64,000 bases of DNA from a virus (taxonomy: Duplodnaviria > Heunggongvirae > Uroviricota > Caudoviricetes). The position numbers and the translations under genes were made by a program. The stretch lies in IMG/VR virus record IMGVR_UViG_2703718819_000007; one strand, 5' to 3'. Positions 39,788-50,562 of the stretch are shown here, piece by piece. The first letter of the stretch is position 1. Each line of letters begins with the position of its first letter. The notes beneath the pieces were generated by a model. The model had not been told where the DNA came from. It saw nothing but the letters and a program-made list of their open reading frames with translations, and did no database searches.

Positions 39788-40807
39788 ATGAAAAGCATAT
39801 TAATTGAAAAACCGAATCAACTGGCGATTGTCGAACGTGAAATACCCACCCCGTCAGCGGGTGAAGTACGAGTAAAAGTGAAACTTGCCGGAATTTGTGG
39901 TTCAGATAGCCATATTTATCGTGGGCATAATCCTTTTGCGAAATATCCGCGCGTCATTGGACATGAATTCTTTGGCGTCATTGATGCGGTGGGTGACGGC
40001 GTGGAAAGCGCCAGAGTCGGTGAACGTGTTGCTGTCGATCCGGTGGTCAGCTGTGGGCATTGCTATCCGTGCTCTATAGGTAAACCGAACGTTTGTACGA
40101 CACTTGCTGTATTAGGTGTGCACGCTGACGGTGGTTTCAGTGAATATGCCGTGGTTCCGGCAAAAAATGCGTGGAAAATTCCTGAAGCAGTGGCCGATCA
40201 ATATGCGGTGATGATCGAACCTTTTACCATTGCGGCTAACGTAACCGGACATGGTCAACCGACTGAAAATGATACCGTTCTGGTTTATGGTGCCGGTCCA
40301 ATCGGCCTGACGATCGTTCAGGTATTAAAAGGCGTCTATAACGTTAAAAATGTGATTGTTGCCGATCGCATTGATGAACGACTGGAAAAAGCGAAAGAGA
40401 GCGGGGCAGACAGGGCGATTAATAACAGCCAGACACCGCTTGGCGAGATTTTCGCTGAAAAAGGCATCAAGCCGACATTAATTATCGATGCGGCTTGTCA
40501 TCCTTCTATCCTGAAAGAGGCCGTTACGCTGGCTTCTCCAGCGGCACGTATTGTATTGATGGGCTTCTCCAGTGAACCGTCTGAAGTGATTCAGCAAGGA
40601 ATTACCGGAAAAGAACTCTCTATTTTCTCTTCACGCTTAAATGCAAATAAATTTCCGGTTGTTATCGACTGGTTAAGTAAAGGGTTAATTAAACCAGAAA
40701 AATTAATTACCCATACGTTTGATTTCCAGCATGTTGCTGATGCCATTAGTTTATTTGAACAGGATCAAAAACATTGCTGCAAAGTCTTACTCACTTTTTC
40801 TGAATAA
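39788..40807 (+). CDS. rspB: Starvation-sensing protein RspB (zinc-dependent alcohol dehydrogenase family)
   Basis: GICGSDSHIYRGHNPFAKYPRVIGHEFFG zinc-binding motif; GAGPIG Rossmann motif. Confidence 0.9.
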   Translation: MKSILIEKPNQLAIVEREIPTPSAGEVRVKVKLAGICGSDSHIYRGHNPFAKYPRVIGHEFFGVIDAVGDGVESARVGERVAVDPVVSCGHCYPCSIGKPNVCTTLAVLGVHADGGFSEYAVVPAKNAWKIPEAVADQYAVMIEPFTIAANVTGHGQPTENDTVLVYGAGPIGLTIVQVLKGVYNVKNVIVADRIDERLEKAKESGADRAINNSQTPLGEIFAEKGIKPTLIIDAACHPSILKEAVTLASPAARIVLMGFSSEPSEVIQQGITGKELSIFSSRLNANKFPVVIDWLSKGLIKPEKLITHTFDFQHVADAISLFEQDQKHCCKVLLTFSE

Positions 40808-40994
40808 TACCAATAACGGCGAGTAAGTAGTACGCATCTTACCTCTTTTTTAGAGATAACCATTATGACAATAGAAAAACATGAAAGAAGCACTAAGGAT
40901 TTGGTGAAAGCAGCAGTATCGGGATGGCTGGGCACTGCGCTTGAATTTATGGATTTCAAGAGTCATGCGTGTTAACTATTTGATAAATATTAAA

Positions 40995-42290
40995 TTAATT
41001 TTTCATTGATTCGTTATGGGGCATGGTTGGGGCAAACTCGCTTAACTGTGTATTTAACAAAGCTACCTGTGCATTATTGTTTTCAGACATCCATTTTCCG
41101 TATACCTGAAATACCATTTGCGCATCTGCATGGCCCATCTGGTTTGCTATAAATGCCGGGTTAGCACCAGCTGTCAGCGACCAGCAGGCATAAGTATGTC
41201 TCGACTGATATGATTTTCGATGGCGGAGTCCGGCACGTTTTATCGCTGCGTCCCACATCTGCCTTATTGAGTCAACGGTAAAATGGTCACCATAATTTTT
41301 TACTCTCGCTGACACTTCAGGTTGAAAAACAAAGGTGCATTTTTGTTTTTCTGTTCTGCCATACTCTCTGAGGTGAACATCAATGATATGCTCTTTGCTC
41401 AGTCTCGTTAATGTCATCTGACTCCGGAGAGCGTCGATTGCTGGCTTAATAAGATGAATGGCCCGATTGGTTCCCGCCTGTGTTTTTGGTACCGTGAAAC
41501 GGTCTTTTGCTAAATTTCTCCTGATCATCATTGTTCCATTTTTCAGATCTATGTCCTCCCATCCAAGTGCACACAGCTCACCAGGGCGAACGCCAGTATA
41601 AACAGAAACACACCATAAATTTTTTGCTTGCTGATTTCTGCACGCATCGATAAGACGGATAAATTCCTCCCGCGAAAGAGGATCCGGAATGGTTCTTGAT
41701 TCCTTTAATGGCGAGATCCCCTTAAACGGATTATCTGCCAGGTAACCGTTATCAACACCAAACTGGAACACGGCGTTAAGATTTGTCATGTAATTATTTA
41801 CAGTTACAGCCGATCTCCCTGGTTGTGTAACAATATAGTTACTTTTGGGGATCTGGTATCCAGTCAGTAGCTCTTTACGAACCTCCAGTAATTTTTCTTT
41901 ATTAATCGATGAGGCAAGATTTTTTTCACCGATTATGCTCAGGATATTTTTGATGACGGCACGGTATGTGTTGAGTGATGTTTTGGCGACTTCAGTTTCT
42001 TTCAGTGCCAGAAATTTTTCAGCCAGTTCTTTTATGGTTAAATCTTGTCGGGCCTCACCAAATTTTTCCAGATTGCGTGAGGAGGGAAACTGTTTTGCAT
42101 AGTCGAAAACACCAGTTTTTATTGCGTAACAAACAGAGGAGCGTAGTTCACCTGCAACGCGCCTGTTTTTTGCTGTGTCAGGAACCCCCAGATTTTCCCT
42201 GACTCTTACGCCTTTATAAACAAACCAGATACGTAATTTCCCTCCATGGTTTTCCACGCCTGTCGGATATTTCATTTCAACTTCTCTCAT
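40995..42290 (-). CDS. Phage integrase (tyrosine recombinase) of the Qin-type prophage
   Basis: C-terminal catalytic region (RHTYACWS...GHADAQMVFQVYGKW); start may be M6. Confidence 0.85.
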   Translation of the reverse strand: MREVEMKYPTGVENHGGKLRIWFVYKGVRVRENLGVPDTAKNRRVAGELRSSVCYAIKTGVFDYAKQFPSSRNLEKFGEARQDLTIKELAEKFLALKETEVAKTSLNTYRAVIKNILSIIGEKNLASSINKEKLLEVRKELLTGYQIPKSNYIVTQPGRSAVTVNNYMTNLNAVFQFGVDNGYLADNPFKGISPLKESRTIPDPLSREEFIRLIDACRNQQAKNLWCVSVYTGVRPGELCALGWEDIDLKNGTMMIRRNLAKDRFTVPKTQAGTNRAIHLIKPAIDALRSQMTLTRLSKEHIIDVHLREYGRTEKQKCTFVFQPEVSARVKNYGDHFTVDSIRQMWDAAIKRAGLRHRKSYQSRHTYACWSLTAGANPAFIANQMGHADAQMVFQVYGKWMSENNNAQVALLNTQLSEFAPTMPHNESMKN

Positions 42291-42309
42291 TAGTTAGTGT
42301 GGCTTTTAG

Positions 42310-42561
42310 TCAAGTAAGATGACATCTTGGTCTCGCTGATGCTTGGCGCTCAATCCAGCGATCAATTTCTTCCAGGTTGTAAAAGCATGGACTGTTATCC
42401 CATGGCATACCGTCATGAGCGACATGCTTATATTCCCTTCCTTCCATAAACGATTTTTCCCGAGCCTTTTTTAACGTACCTTTTTTTATTCCTTTCAGCG
42501 CAATTAACTGCTCTTCGGATACCCATTTGCCGGGAGAGACAATCATGATTACTTCGCTCAT
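42310..42561 (-). CDS. Excisionase-like protein (DUF1233 type)
   Basis: Position upstream of int; KWVSEEQLIALKGIKKGTLKKARE...CFYNLEEIDRWIERQ. Confidence 0.55.
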   Translation of the reverse strand: MSEVIMIVSPGKWVSEEQLIALKGIKKGTLKKAREKSFMEGREYKHVAHDGMPWDNSPCFYNLEEIDRWIERQASARPRCHLT

Positions 42562-42633
42562 CGATTTCTTTATCTCTTACATCAGACGAGCGCCGGTTGC
42601 AGAATACCAGTCACAACCGGCGACAGTTGAACA

Positions 42634-45105
42634 TTAAGAATCAGCCTGACTCGGGATCAGTTTTTGCCAGATAACTGAAACGTATTTTGCCTGGTAACGG
42701 GCGTCATCAAGTGCATTATGGCGCTCACCTTCGAATGGAATAGCCGTTCTGGCATCGAAGTCTATGGCTTTCCCCAGCTCAACGATTGTGCGTACATCGC
42801 GATCGTTGTAGTAACGCCACGGGCAGGGGATCCCCTGCCGTTCATATGAACGGCGCAAAATCGTGTTGTCGAAGTTGGCTCCATTTCCCCAAACCTGAAC
42901 AAAAAATTCACCGGAGTTTTCGTCGATAAATTCCCGCAATTGTAACAGTGCATCATCTAACGGGATTTCATCGGTCATAATGGCAGATTGCGCTTCGCGT
43001 GATTGCTTAAGCCACCATTTAATGGTGTCCCGATCAATGACTCCGCCAGCAGTTTCCAGATCGATAGTCTTACTAAATTCCGGTCCCATATCTCCGGTTT
43101 GCGGATCGAAAAATATTGCACCTATTGAGATGATCGGGGCATCAGGATTTTTTCCCATGGTTTCAAGGTCGATCATTAGATGGTCACACGTCCTGCTGGT
43201 GGATGTGATTTCGTGATGACCGTTCACCTTAATTGGGTGATCTGCCGTCTCGCCAGTTTCATTATCGCTATTGTGATGCTGATTGCCGCCAGTGTTCTCC
43301 TTGTGTGGATGTTCAGCGCCTTCCATTTCCTCCGGATCATCTTCCTGAACTTCAACCTGATACTCTTCATCGAATGTTTCTTGGTATGTTGCGTCGCCCA
43401 TCACCGCGCCACAATCAGGGCAGTTGCCGCCGCCGGTCTGACCGCAGGCGGTGCAGACCTTTTCCACTTCCTGTTGCGCCACTGGTTCAGGCTGTTTCGT
43501 TTCTGGCTCGTTTTGTAACGCATTTGGACTGTTTTGTTCCGCTTTTTGGTAGTTCCGTTCCGATTCATGCTGGTTCTGGTTCACAGAATCGCGGGTCTGG
43601 ATCCCCTTAACCCATTTCGGATCATTCGGGTCACTAATCCCTTCAACAAATTCACCACGTGATGCAGCAAGCAACTTATCGGCGTCAGGCTGGCTGATAT
43701 TGGCTGCCTGCATAATTTTGTTTACTTCGTCAGCGGTAACTTTTATCGGCTCTGGTTGTTCTGAATCTTCAGCGGTATCTACATTTTGCGGTAAGCCCGT
43801 GTATGTGCCATTTTTTCGGGCAAAATATTCTTCTTTTGTGATTTCAGTGGCGCCAGCAGCCAGTGCCTTATCCAGACCAGAAAGTTTGTTTGCGCGACCG
43901 TATTTTTCTCCGTCCTTATCTGCGAAGAGGAAATAGAACGGCCCCTCACGCTCTACAGATGGTTCAGCTTCCGGCGCGGTTTCATTTTTTGGGATATCAG
44001 ATACCTCAGTTTCCACTGCATCAGTTTGTGTTTCTGATGACTGGAGAACATCAACAGTGCCCAGGTCTGTTTCTTCATTCTCAAACACGCCCTTTGTCGT
44101 CAGGTATTCGCAGATATATTTGTTCAGTGCTACGGGATCTTTGTGAATGTCGATCGGACGCTCACGGACAAGGCCAAAAATAGTTTGGCGGTCGTAGCGA
44201 AGGGCATCAGGCTGTTTGCGCATTGATGCCGAGATACGCTTCCAGTCTTCGCGGTCGTTGTCGATAACTTCTTTTTTTGCCCAGCGATGGATGCTGCCGT
44301 CAATGTTTCCGGCATCCACATCACCAGGCCAGAGAGCGTAGGCCAGTTCGTCATCCAGTGTTTTCCATGTCTGCTTGTATTCGCGATGAATGGCAGCAAT
44401 GACCGGGCTGATTTTTCCTGTTGAATTTTCAGTGTACTGTTGATTGGCTCTGGCGCGGGCGAGATCAACAACAGACGTGTATTTTCCGGTTTCCTTGCGT
44501 TCACCTTCGCGACGTTTTTTCCAGATGCGCATCTCTGCCTGAATTTCGGGCCATTTAGCACCAGGAATACATTTATGCTTAACCCACCCAATGGCGTGCA
44601 ACTTAAGCTCCGGATACATGGCGTTAACTTCTGGCATTTTCATCAACGCTTCAACGATATGTCCGTCGAATGTTGCCATGTCTTCCTGCAACAATTCCTG
44701 TGCGCTAATAACCATATCAACGGTGATGTTTTCACATGTGTCGAACTTAACCATGACAGCGTTCTGTACTTCAGGGGCCAGCTTGTCAAAAGTGACGTTC
44801 ATCGGATCGGATTCAGTCTCAACCGGGACAAAAGAAGCAGACTCCTCATCCCAGCGGTTTTCCTGCATATATTCAGCATCCCATGAATCGAGGGCAGGGC
44901 GGGGTATGCCAGGTTTATCCTCGCAGACAATAAATTTATAAGCGCAGTCCTGAGCAGCCGGATAATGTTCCAGGAATTGCCAGTGAAATTTTGCTCGAGC
45001 ACGGCGTTCGTCGCCAGCTTCAATGGCTGTGGCTACAGCCACAGCGCCTTCTTCCCTTGTTGCCAGTTCGTCAGGAATAGCGGCGCAAATAAAGACTTTA
45101 CTCAT
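42634..45105 (-). CDS. Prophage exonuclease (823 aa) with C-terminal DEDDh 3'-5' exonuclease-like domain
   Basis: C-terminal DHLMIDLETMG...GNGANFD...HNALDDARYQ motifs. Confidence 0.65.
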   Translation of the reverse strand: MSKVFICAAIPDELATREEGAVAVATAIEAGDERRARAKFHWQFLEHYPAAQDCAYKFIVCEDKPGIPRPALDSWDAEYMQENRWDEESASFVPVETESDPMNVTFDKLAPEVQNAVMVKFDTCENITVDMVISAQELLQEDMATFDGHIVEALMKMPEVNAMYPELKLHAIGWVKHKCIPGAKWPEIQAEMRIWKKRREGERKETGKYTSVVDLARARANQQYTENSTGKISPVIAAIHREYKQTWKTLDDELAYALWPGDVDAGNIDGSIHRWAKKEVIDNDREDWKRISASMRKQPDALRYDRQTIFGLVRERPIDIHKDPVALNKYICEYLTTKGVFENEETDLGTVDVLQSSETQTDAVETEVSDIPKNETAPEAEPSVEREGPFYFLFADKDGEKYGRANKLSGLDKALAAGATEITKEEYFARKNGTYTGLPQNVDTAEDSEQPEPIKVTADEVNKIMQAANISQPDADKLLAASRGEFVEGISDPNDPKWVKGIQTRDSVNQNQHESERNYQKAEQNSPNALQNEPETKQPEPVAQQEVEKVCTACGQTGGGNCPDCGAVMGDATYQETFDEEYQVEVQEDDPEEMEGAEHPHKENTGGNQHHNSDNETGETADHPIKVNGHHEITSTSRTCDHLMIDLETMGKNPDAPIISIGAIFFDPQTGDMGPEFSKTIDLETAGGVIDRDTIKWWLKQSREAQSAIMTDEIPLDDALLQLREFIDENSGEFFVQVWGNGANFDNTILRRSYERQGIPCPWRYYNDRDVRTIVELGKAIDFDARTAIPFEGERHNALDDARYQAKYVSVIWQKLIPSQADS

Positions 45106-45198
45106 TTTGTTTTAACCTCATGACAGATTTAAGGATGAACAAATCCCTGCCATTGCTGGCATATAAGAATGAAACCGGATATTTATTACGGAACTGTT

Positions 45199-45390
45199 TT
45201 AAAGACCTGCCGGGATTTCGATATTATCCTGGTGAATAACTTTATCGACCGGGTAACAGTTACCGGGAATTTTCTGTTCGGTTGCTGCAGTCATACACTC
45301 CTGCATTGTCCTGTGAACACTGACTGCAATATCAACTGGCACTCCGGAAACAAGAAAAACTGTCAGAACAAGCGCAAATGCTGAATTCAT
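45199..45390 (-). CDS. Small hypothetical protein with N-terminal hydrophobic segment
   Basis: AAGGA RBS; MNSAFALVLTVFLVSG. Confidence 0.45.
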   Translation of the reverse strand: MNSAFALVLTVFLVSGVPVDIAVSVHRTMQECMTAATEQKIPGNCYPVDKVIHQDNIEIPAGL

Positions 45391-45575
45391 TGTGCACATC
45401 CTTTTGGCATCAGACGTAAACGAGCCAGCATTGAAACAATGCATATTTTATTTAATAGCTCCCGTTCTTGTTTTCTCTTGTTAATGGCATCTTCAGTAAA
45501 TACAGGGTTACTGATAGTGACACCAATTTCAAAACAACCTTCAGACGTATTAACGTTTGGTAATAACGTTTTCAT
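45387..45575 (-). CDS. dicB: Cell-division inhibitor DicB (62 aa)
   Basis: MKTLLPNVNTSEGCFEIGVTISNPVFTEDAINKRKQERELLNKICIVSMLARLRLMPKGCAQ. Confidence 0.8.
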   Translation of the reverse strand: MKTLLPNVNTSEGCFEIGVTISNPVFTEDAINKRKQERELLNKICIVSMLARLRLMPKGCAQ

Positions 45576-45749
45576 TATCGCGTCCTCAACAATGAATTTT
45601 GTGATGCAGTGCCTGGTGCCTCCAGGTGACGTTAACCAGTTAACAATTAACGTCGGATACAGAGAATCCACCCATAACACTGTTTTTGGTTTTAACTGTT
45701 CCGCGTGCGCTTAGCCGCATTCACCGCATCACAAAATTCACTTTAAAAA

Positions 45750-45802
45750 CGGCGGCAGAGCAGTCACGGAGTAAAACTGATACCGCCAAACGTCACCAGA
45801 AA
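45750..45802 (-). ncRNA. dicF: DicF small regulatory RNA (targets ftsZ mRNA) with 3' terminator
   Basis: Reverse complement reads tttctggtgacgtttggcggtatcagttttactccgtgactgctctgccgcc followed by T-run. Confidence 0.8.
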
Positions 45803-46448
45803 ATTGATAACAGAGGGCGTTGCAGCGGGGTTGTCACTTAAGCGTATGGTCAACCTGACAACTCGGTGTCCTCAACGGGGAAGGAATAACCCCGCCATAC
45901 TTACCGCCGCGCCATTTTGCGGGTTGCCACAACCGGAAGCGCACGGTCGAATTAAATTTAACGACACCGTACAGCGAGACGAACTTCGCCGTGCGCTTTC
46001 GTGTTGTGTGCCTGCTTTTAACCACGTCAGGCGAGGTGGTATCCTTAAAATCACCACAGTTTTAAGGATTCATTAAGCAATGTCGCAACCACCAATAAAT
46101 CCGCTTAAGAACATGAAAATTGATTACTGGTATAAAGCGCTTACAGTTGTTGGCGCTGCGTTGTTTGTCTTTAATGGAACGTCTTTTTTTGACAGATATC
46201 CCGTTGTTCCATTGGGTTTTTTGTCCTCCGGCATCTTTTTTATTGGTTTGGGGGAGTGGATTAATCACCCTCTCAAAGTGAGATTTATTGGTCCTGGAGT
46301 TTGGACTCGTGGATATAATAGTTCTTCGTGCGCACTCGGTATCATCTTCGACATACTTGGTTGTTTCCTGATTGTTACAGGAGTCGTCAAGTTCTTCTGA
46401 TGTAAAACCGCAAATGGGGCACGTAACGGGAATTTTGAAAAGCGTTTC

Positions 46449-46637
46449 TCAGGGTTCCAGAACAAAATTTTCTGCGGTCTGATTTTGCTTCTCATATTTG
46501 TGCTCCGCGTCATTGTGAGAGCACATTCTTATTCTGAGTGCCTGTTTAAACTCACTGAAGCTGAGAGCTTCTTCGCCTTCGGCAAGGCCTTCGAAGTATT
46601 CTTCGTAAGCCTTTTCCATGATTGTGTCGAAATCCAT
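46449..46637 (-). CDS. YdfB-like small protein of the dicB operon
   Basis: MDFDTIMEKAYEEYFEGLAEGEE...; operon position. Confidence 0.5.
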   Translation of the reverse strand: MDFDTIMEKAYEEYFEGLAEGEEALSFSEFKQALRIRMCSHNDAEHKYEKQNQTAENFVLEP

Positions 46638-46638
46638 A

Positions 46639-46794
46639 TCACTCACCTGAGTTTCTTTCCAGCCAGCGACGGGCACCATTTTCGGTTTTAAACGTTTTGC
46701 TTTTGGTATACGTCATCGCGGTGAACGTACCGTCCTGGTTGGGGAATACGCCACATACCAGAGATTCGTTGTTGCCAAGATCGATAGTATCCAT
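46639..46794 (-). CDS. YdfA-like small protein (51 aa)
   Basis: MDTIDLGNNESLVCGVFPNQDGTFTAMTYTKSKTFKTENGARRWLERNSGE. Confidence 0.6.
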   Translation of the reverse strand: MDTIDLGNNESLVCGVFPNQDGTFTAMTYTKSKTFKTENGARRWLERNSGE

Positions 46795-46986
46795 GCTGAC
46801 CTCATTTCCCCTTAACGCCGGGGTAGCGGAACTGTTTGCTGAGAACACCGTGCGGTGTCTTGATGGAGGTAATTTAGTTTTCTCATTGTTTTTCGTCAAG
46901 GTTTTTTGATGAGAAAACTCAAGTATTGGCGCAAGATAAAGCCAATACATTGAAATGTAAGGCTTTAAAATTTTGTGAAGGGATGA

Positions 46987-47397
46987 TTATTGATGCTTGT
47001 TGCGTTTGCGAGCCTCTAATAGCTCGGTGAACAGGCGATTAAAATTCTCAACGCGGGCGCGGAGTTCGCTGAGTTGTGCTTGTTGCTCTGATTTAGGAAG
47101 TGCGCGATACAAACGCAGCATCTCTAACTCATCTTCCGATAAGTCTAAGGCACTATCGAGTGAAACAGGGGGAGCTGGTGTTTTGTCCTCGTCGCCAAAC
47201 AGTATCCAGGTTGGTGAACATTGCAATACCTCGGCGAGGCGATGCAAATTTTGCCCGCGCGGGGCTGTATGGTCACTTTCCCATAATGAAATTGATGAGC
47301 CAGATACGCCAGCAGCTTTGCTTAAACCGTTTTGACTTAAGCCTACCTGCTTACGTCTTTCTCTAATGCGTTGACCTAAAGTTTTCTCGTTCATATT
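46987..47397 (-). CDS. dicA: DicA-like HTH (XRE family) repressor
   Basis: GLSQNGLSKAAGVSGSSISLWESDHTAPRGQNLHRLAEVLQCSPTWILFGDEDK. Confidence 0.8.
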   Translation of the reverse strand, partial: NMNEKTLGQRIRERRKQVGLSQNGLSKAAGVSGSSISLWESDHTAPRGQNLHRLAEVLQCSPTWILFGDEDKTPAPPVSLDSALDLSEDELEMLRLYRALPKSEQQAQLSELRARVENFNRLFTELLEARKRNKHQ

Positions 47398-47471
47398 TAG
47401 ATATCTTAATAACCCTTGACTTGAGATTCCTTGAGTGATTAGCATTGAGAAAACTCAATATTGGAGGTGCG

Positions 47472-47699
47472 ATGTTTAAATCAGACGTAATTAATTTTTA
47501 CGGTACGAAAGCCAAAGTAGCGAAAGCTGCTGGCGTTGACCCATCTGCTGTTTCTCAATGGCAAGAGCTGGTTCCTGAAGGTCGCGCGATGCGTCTACAG
47601 GAGGCATCTGGCGGCGAGCTTCAGTATGATCCCAAGGTTTATGACGAATATCGTAAGACGAAGCGGGCGGGGCGGTTGAACAATGAAAATCACTCCTGA
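47472..47699 (+). CDS. dicC: DicC-like (Cro-type) regulator, divergent from dicA
   Basis: GGAGG RBS; ...LVPEGRAMRLQEASGGELQYDPKVYDEYRKTKRAGRLNNENHS. Confidence 0.75.
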   Translation: MFKSDVINFYGTKAKVAKAAGVDPSAVSQWQELVPEGRAMRLQEASGGELQYDPKVYDEYRKTKRAGRLNNENHS

Positions 47700-48204
47700 A
47701 CAGGCTCGTGAGGCTCTGGATGCCTGGATATGTCGACCAGGAATGACACAGGAGCAGGCGACGATATTAATCACTGAAGCATTCTGGGCTTTGAAAGAGC
47801 GCCCGAACATCGATGTTCAGCGTGTCACAGATGAAGGTGGCGCGGTTGATCAGCGAGCGCTTGGCGTTAATCGAGTGAAGATATTCGAACGCTGGAAGGC
47901 TATCGACACCAGGGATAAGCGTGAAAAGTTCACGGCGCTAGTGCCTGCAATTATGGAGGCTATCCGGATTAATGATTTCAGGTTGTATCGTGAAATTAGT
48001 GACGGAAAAAGCATCACGTACATGATCGCCGGGTTAAACAAAGAATATGGCGATGTGGTGGAGTCCGGACTGCTTTTTGCTGATCCTGCCGTAGTGGATC
48101 GTGAAACTGACGAACTTATAGAAAAAGCAATTGCTTTCAAACTTGCGTATCGACAGCAATACCAACAAAAAGCTGGATGGAATTATGAGCCTTCTTTTTG
48201 CTGA
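47683..48204 (+). CDS. Hypothetical prophage early protein (173 aa)
   Basis: ORF following dicC. Confidence 0.5.
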   Translation: MKITPEQAREALDAWICRPGMTQEQATILITEAFWALKERPNIDVQRVTDEGGAVDQRALGVNRVKIFERWKAIDTRDKREKFTALVPAIMEAIRINDFRLYREISDGKSITYMIAGLNKEYGDVVESGLLFADPAVVDRETDELIEKAIAFKLAYRQQYQQKAGWNYEPSFC

Positions 48205-49150
48205 ACGCCCACTGGTTATAAACACACAGCTTGCGATGAAGATTGGCTTAAATGAAGCCATTGTGTTGCAGCAGTTGCATTACTGGTTGAGAGATACCAA
48301 TTCCGGTATGGAATGTGATGGTGTTCGCTGGATTTACAACACAACGGAACAATGGCTGGAACAGTTCCCATTCTGGTCAGAGTCAACGTTAAAGCGCGCG
48401 TTTGCAAGTCTGAAAACGCTGGGGCTTTTGCGTTGTGAAAAGCTCAATAAATCAAAGCGCGATATGACCAATTTCTACACGATCAACTACGGGAGCGAGC
48501 TTTTAGATGATGGCAAATTGAGCGAATCCATCGGTTCAAAATGCGCCGCTCCATCAGGTCAAAATGACACGATGGAAGAGGTCAAAATGAAACGCTCCAT
48601 TGGTTCAAAACGATCCAATGTCATCGGGTCAAAATGGCCTGATGATCTTACAGAGAATACAACAGAGATTACTACAGAGAATAAAAACACTTTTCGTCCG
48701 GAAGCTTCGCAACCGGACCCGCAGACGACTGAACAGGATTTTTTAACCCGGAACTCCGACGCGGTTGTGTTTAGTGCGAAAAAACGCCAGTGGGGTAGCA
48801 GGGAGGATTTGGCGTGTGCGCAGTGGATCTGGGGGCGGATCGTGGGCCTCTACGAACAGGCAGCCAGTGATGATGGCGAGATCATGAGACCAAAAGAGCC
48901 TAACTGGACTGTCTGGGCCAATGACGTGCGCACAATGCGGATGCTGGATGGCAGAAGCCACAGACAAATTTGCGAAATGTTTGGTCGGGTTCAGCGAGAT
49001 CCATTCTGGGTAAAAAACATCATGAGCCCGTCAAAGCTCCGCGAAAAATGGGACGAACTGGTCATCCGCCTGGGACGTTCACCTGTACAGCGTTGTGTTA
49101 ATCATATTTCTGAACCGGATACAGAAATTCTGCCTGGTTTCAGAGGATAA
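48185..49150 (+). CDS. Phage replication initiation/replisome-organiser-like protein
   Basis: N-terminal helix-turn-helix-like region; position downstream of cro-like gene. Confidence 0.5.
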   Translation: MSLLFAERPLVINTQLAMKIGLNEAIVLQQLHYWLRDTNSGMECDGVRWIYNTTEQWLEQFPFWSESTLKRAFASLKTLGLLRCEKLNKSKRDMTNFYTINYGSELLDDGKLSESIGSKCAAPSGQNDTMEEVKMKRSIGSKRSNVIGSKWPDDLTENTTEITTENKNTFRPEASQPDPQTTEQDFLTRNSDAVVFSAKKRQWGSREDLACAQWIWGRIVGLYEQAASDDGEIMRPKEPNWTVWANDVRTMRMLDGRSHRQICEMFGRVQRDPFWVKNIMSPSKLREKWDELVIRLGRSPVQRCVNHISEPDTEILPGFRG

Positions 49151-49190
49151 GTGTTGATTTCAGGTCATGAGGTAATTTTAAGGGGGACTT

Positions 49191-49613
49191 GTGGCAAAAG
49201 TTTTTACACAAGAAGAGCGGGAAAAAATTAAAGGGCAGGTGGTGGAACTCGTGCGCCAGAGCGGTCGTGAGACGTTACGGCAACTGGAAGCTAAAACAGG
49301 TGCGACTAGATATCTGATGAGCGTTCTTGCCAGAGAGCAGGTAGCCAGTGGCGATGTATACAACTCCGGCTACGGGTTATTCCCGTCTGAACAGGCGCGT
49401 AAGGACTGGCAAAACGCCCGCAAAAAACTCTCGAGGGCAAAGGTGAAGAAACCTGCTGTGGTTGATCCGGACCTTATCTGGTCATTACCTGACGGAGAAA
49501 TACGCCGCTACGACAGTCGTCTAAACATAATCTGTCGCGAGTGCCGGAAGAGCGAAGTTATGCAGCGTGTTCTGACGTTTTATCAGGGGAATTATCGGGA
49601 GGTGATGCTGTGA
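49191..49613 (+). CDS. Hypothetical prophage protein (140 aa)
   Basis: ORF in early-right operon. Confidence 0.45.
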   Translation: MAKVFTQEEREKIKGQVVELVRQSGRETLRQLEAKTGATRYLMSVLAREQVASGDVYNSGYGLFPSEQARKDWQNARKKLSRAKVKKPAVVDPDLIWSLPDGEIRRYDSRLNIICRECRKSEVMQRVLTFYQGNYREVML

Positions 49614-49843
49614 GTACATCGGCTACCATTCTCGACATGTGCTGTGGCAGTCGCATGCTCTGGTTCGATAAGAATGACGAATGGTCGATATTTAGCGATA
49701 TCAGGAAAGAGGAACATTCGCTATGTGATGGACGTCACCCGATTATTAATCCCGACATTATCGCTGATTTTCGTGCGCTGCCGTGGTTGTCTGCTTTGCA
49801 TCAAAAGCAGACATTACCAGATTTAGACATCTGTTTCCGATAG
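49611..49843 (+). pseudogene. Short ORF that may be a truncated remnant of an early gene (possibly a methyltransferase N-terminus)
   Basis: ILDMCCGSRMLWFDK... then ends abruptly before the QueH-like gene. Confidence 0.25.
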
Positions 49844-49875
49844 CCCGTTCTGATGCTACACTTTTTGCTATTTTC

Positions 49876-50562
49876 ATGAACCTCATAAACACATTTATGA
49901 CTGTTGCTGATTTCAAACGCCCCAAATTGGAGCTCCCAAACGGGGCAAAAAAACTATTACTGCACTCTTGCTGTGCTCCATGTTCCGGTGAAGTGATGGA
50001 GGCGCTTCAGGCCTCGGGAATCGACTACACCATCTTTTTCTACAACCCGAACATTCATCCTCAGAAAGAGTATTTAATTCGTAAGGATGAGAATATTCGC
50101 TTTGCTAAACAACACGGCGTGCCATTTATTGATGCTGATTACGACACAGACAACTGGTTTGAGCGAGCCAAAGGAATGGAATGGGAGCCTGAACGAGGGA
50201 TCCGTTGTACCATGTGTTTTGACATGCGTTTTGAGCGGACTGCACTGTATGCCGCTGAAAATGGTTTCAGTGTGATCAGTAGCTCACTGGGCATTTCACG
50301 CTGGAAAAATATGCAGCAGGTTAACGACTGTGGACGGCGAGCCGTCGCGCATTATCCGGGCATGGTGTACTGGGATTATAACTGGCGAAAACAGGGCGGC
50401 TCTTCCCGCATGATTGAAATCAGCAAGCGCGAACAATTCTATCAGCAGGAATATTGTGGCTGCGTGTATTCACTGCGCGATACCAATCTACACCGCAAAT
50501 CTCAGGGACGCCCTCTAATCAAAATTGGTCAACTGCACTACGGTAAGGAAGGACAGGAATGA
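49876..50562 (+). CDS. QueH-like (DUF208) epoxyqueuosine reductase family protein; start uncertain
   Basis: [16 protein letters not shown] motif and conserved Cys spacing. Confidence 0.6.
   Translation: MNLINTFMTVADFKRPKLELPNGAKKLLLHSCCAPCSGEVMEALQASGIDYTIFFYNPNIHPQKEYLIRKDENIRFAKQHGVPFIDADYDTDNWFERAKGMEWEPERGIRCTMCFDMRFERTALYAAENGFSVISSSLGISRWKNMQQVNDCGRRAVAHYPGMVYWDYNWRKQGGSSRMIEISKREQFYQQEYCGCVYSLRDTNLHRKSQGRPLIKIGQLHYGKEGQE

Noticed and set aside
45804-46076. Plus-strand ORF next to dicF
   Set aside because: Lies in the leader region of the leftward dicB operon opposite the dicF RNA; translation has no recognisable features
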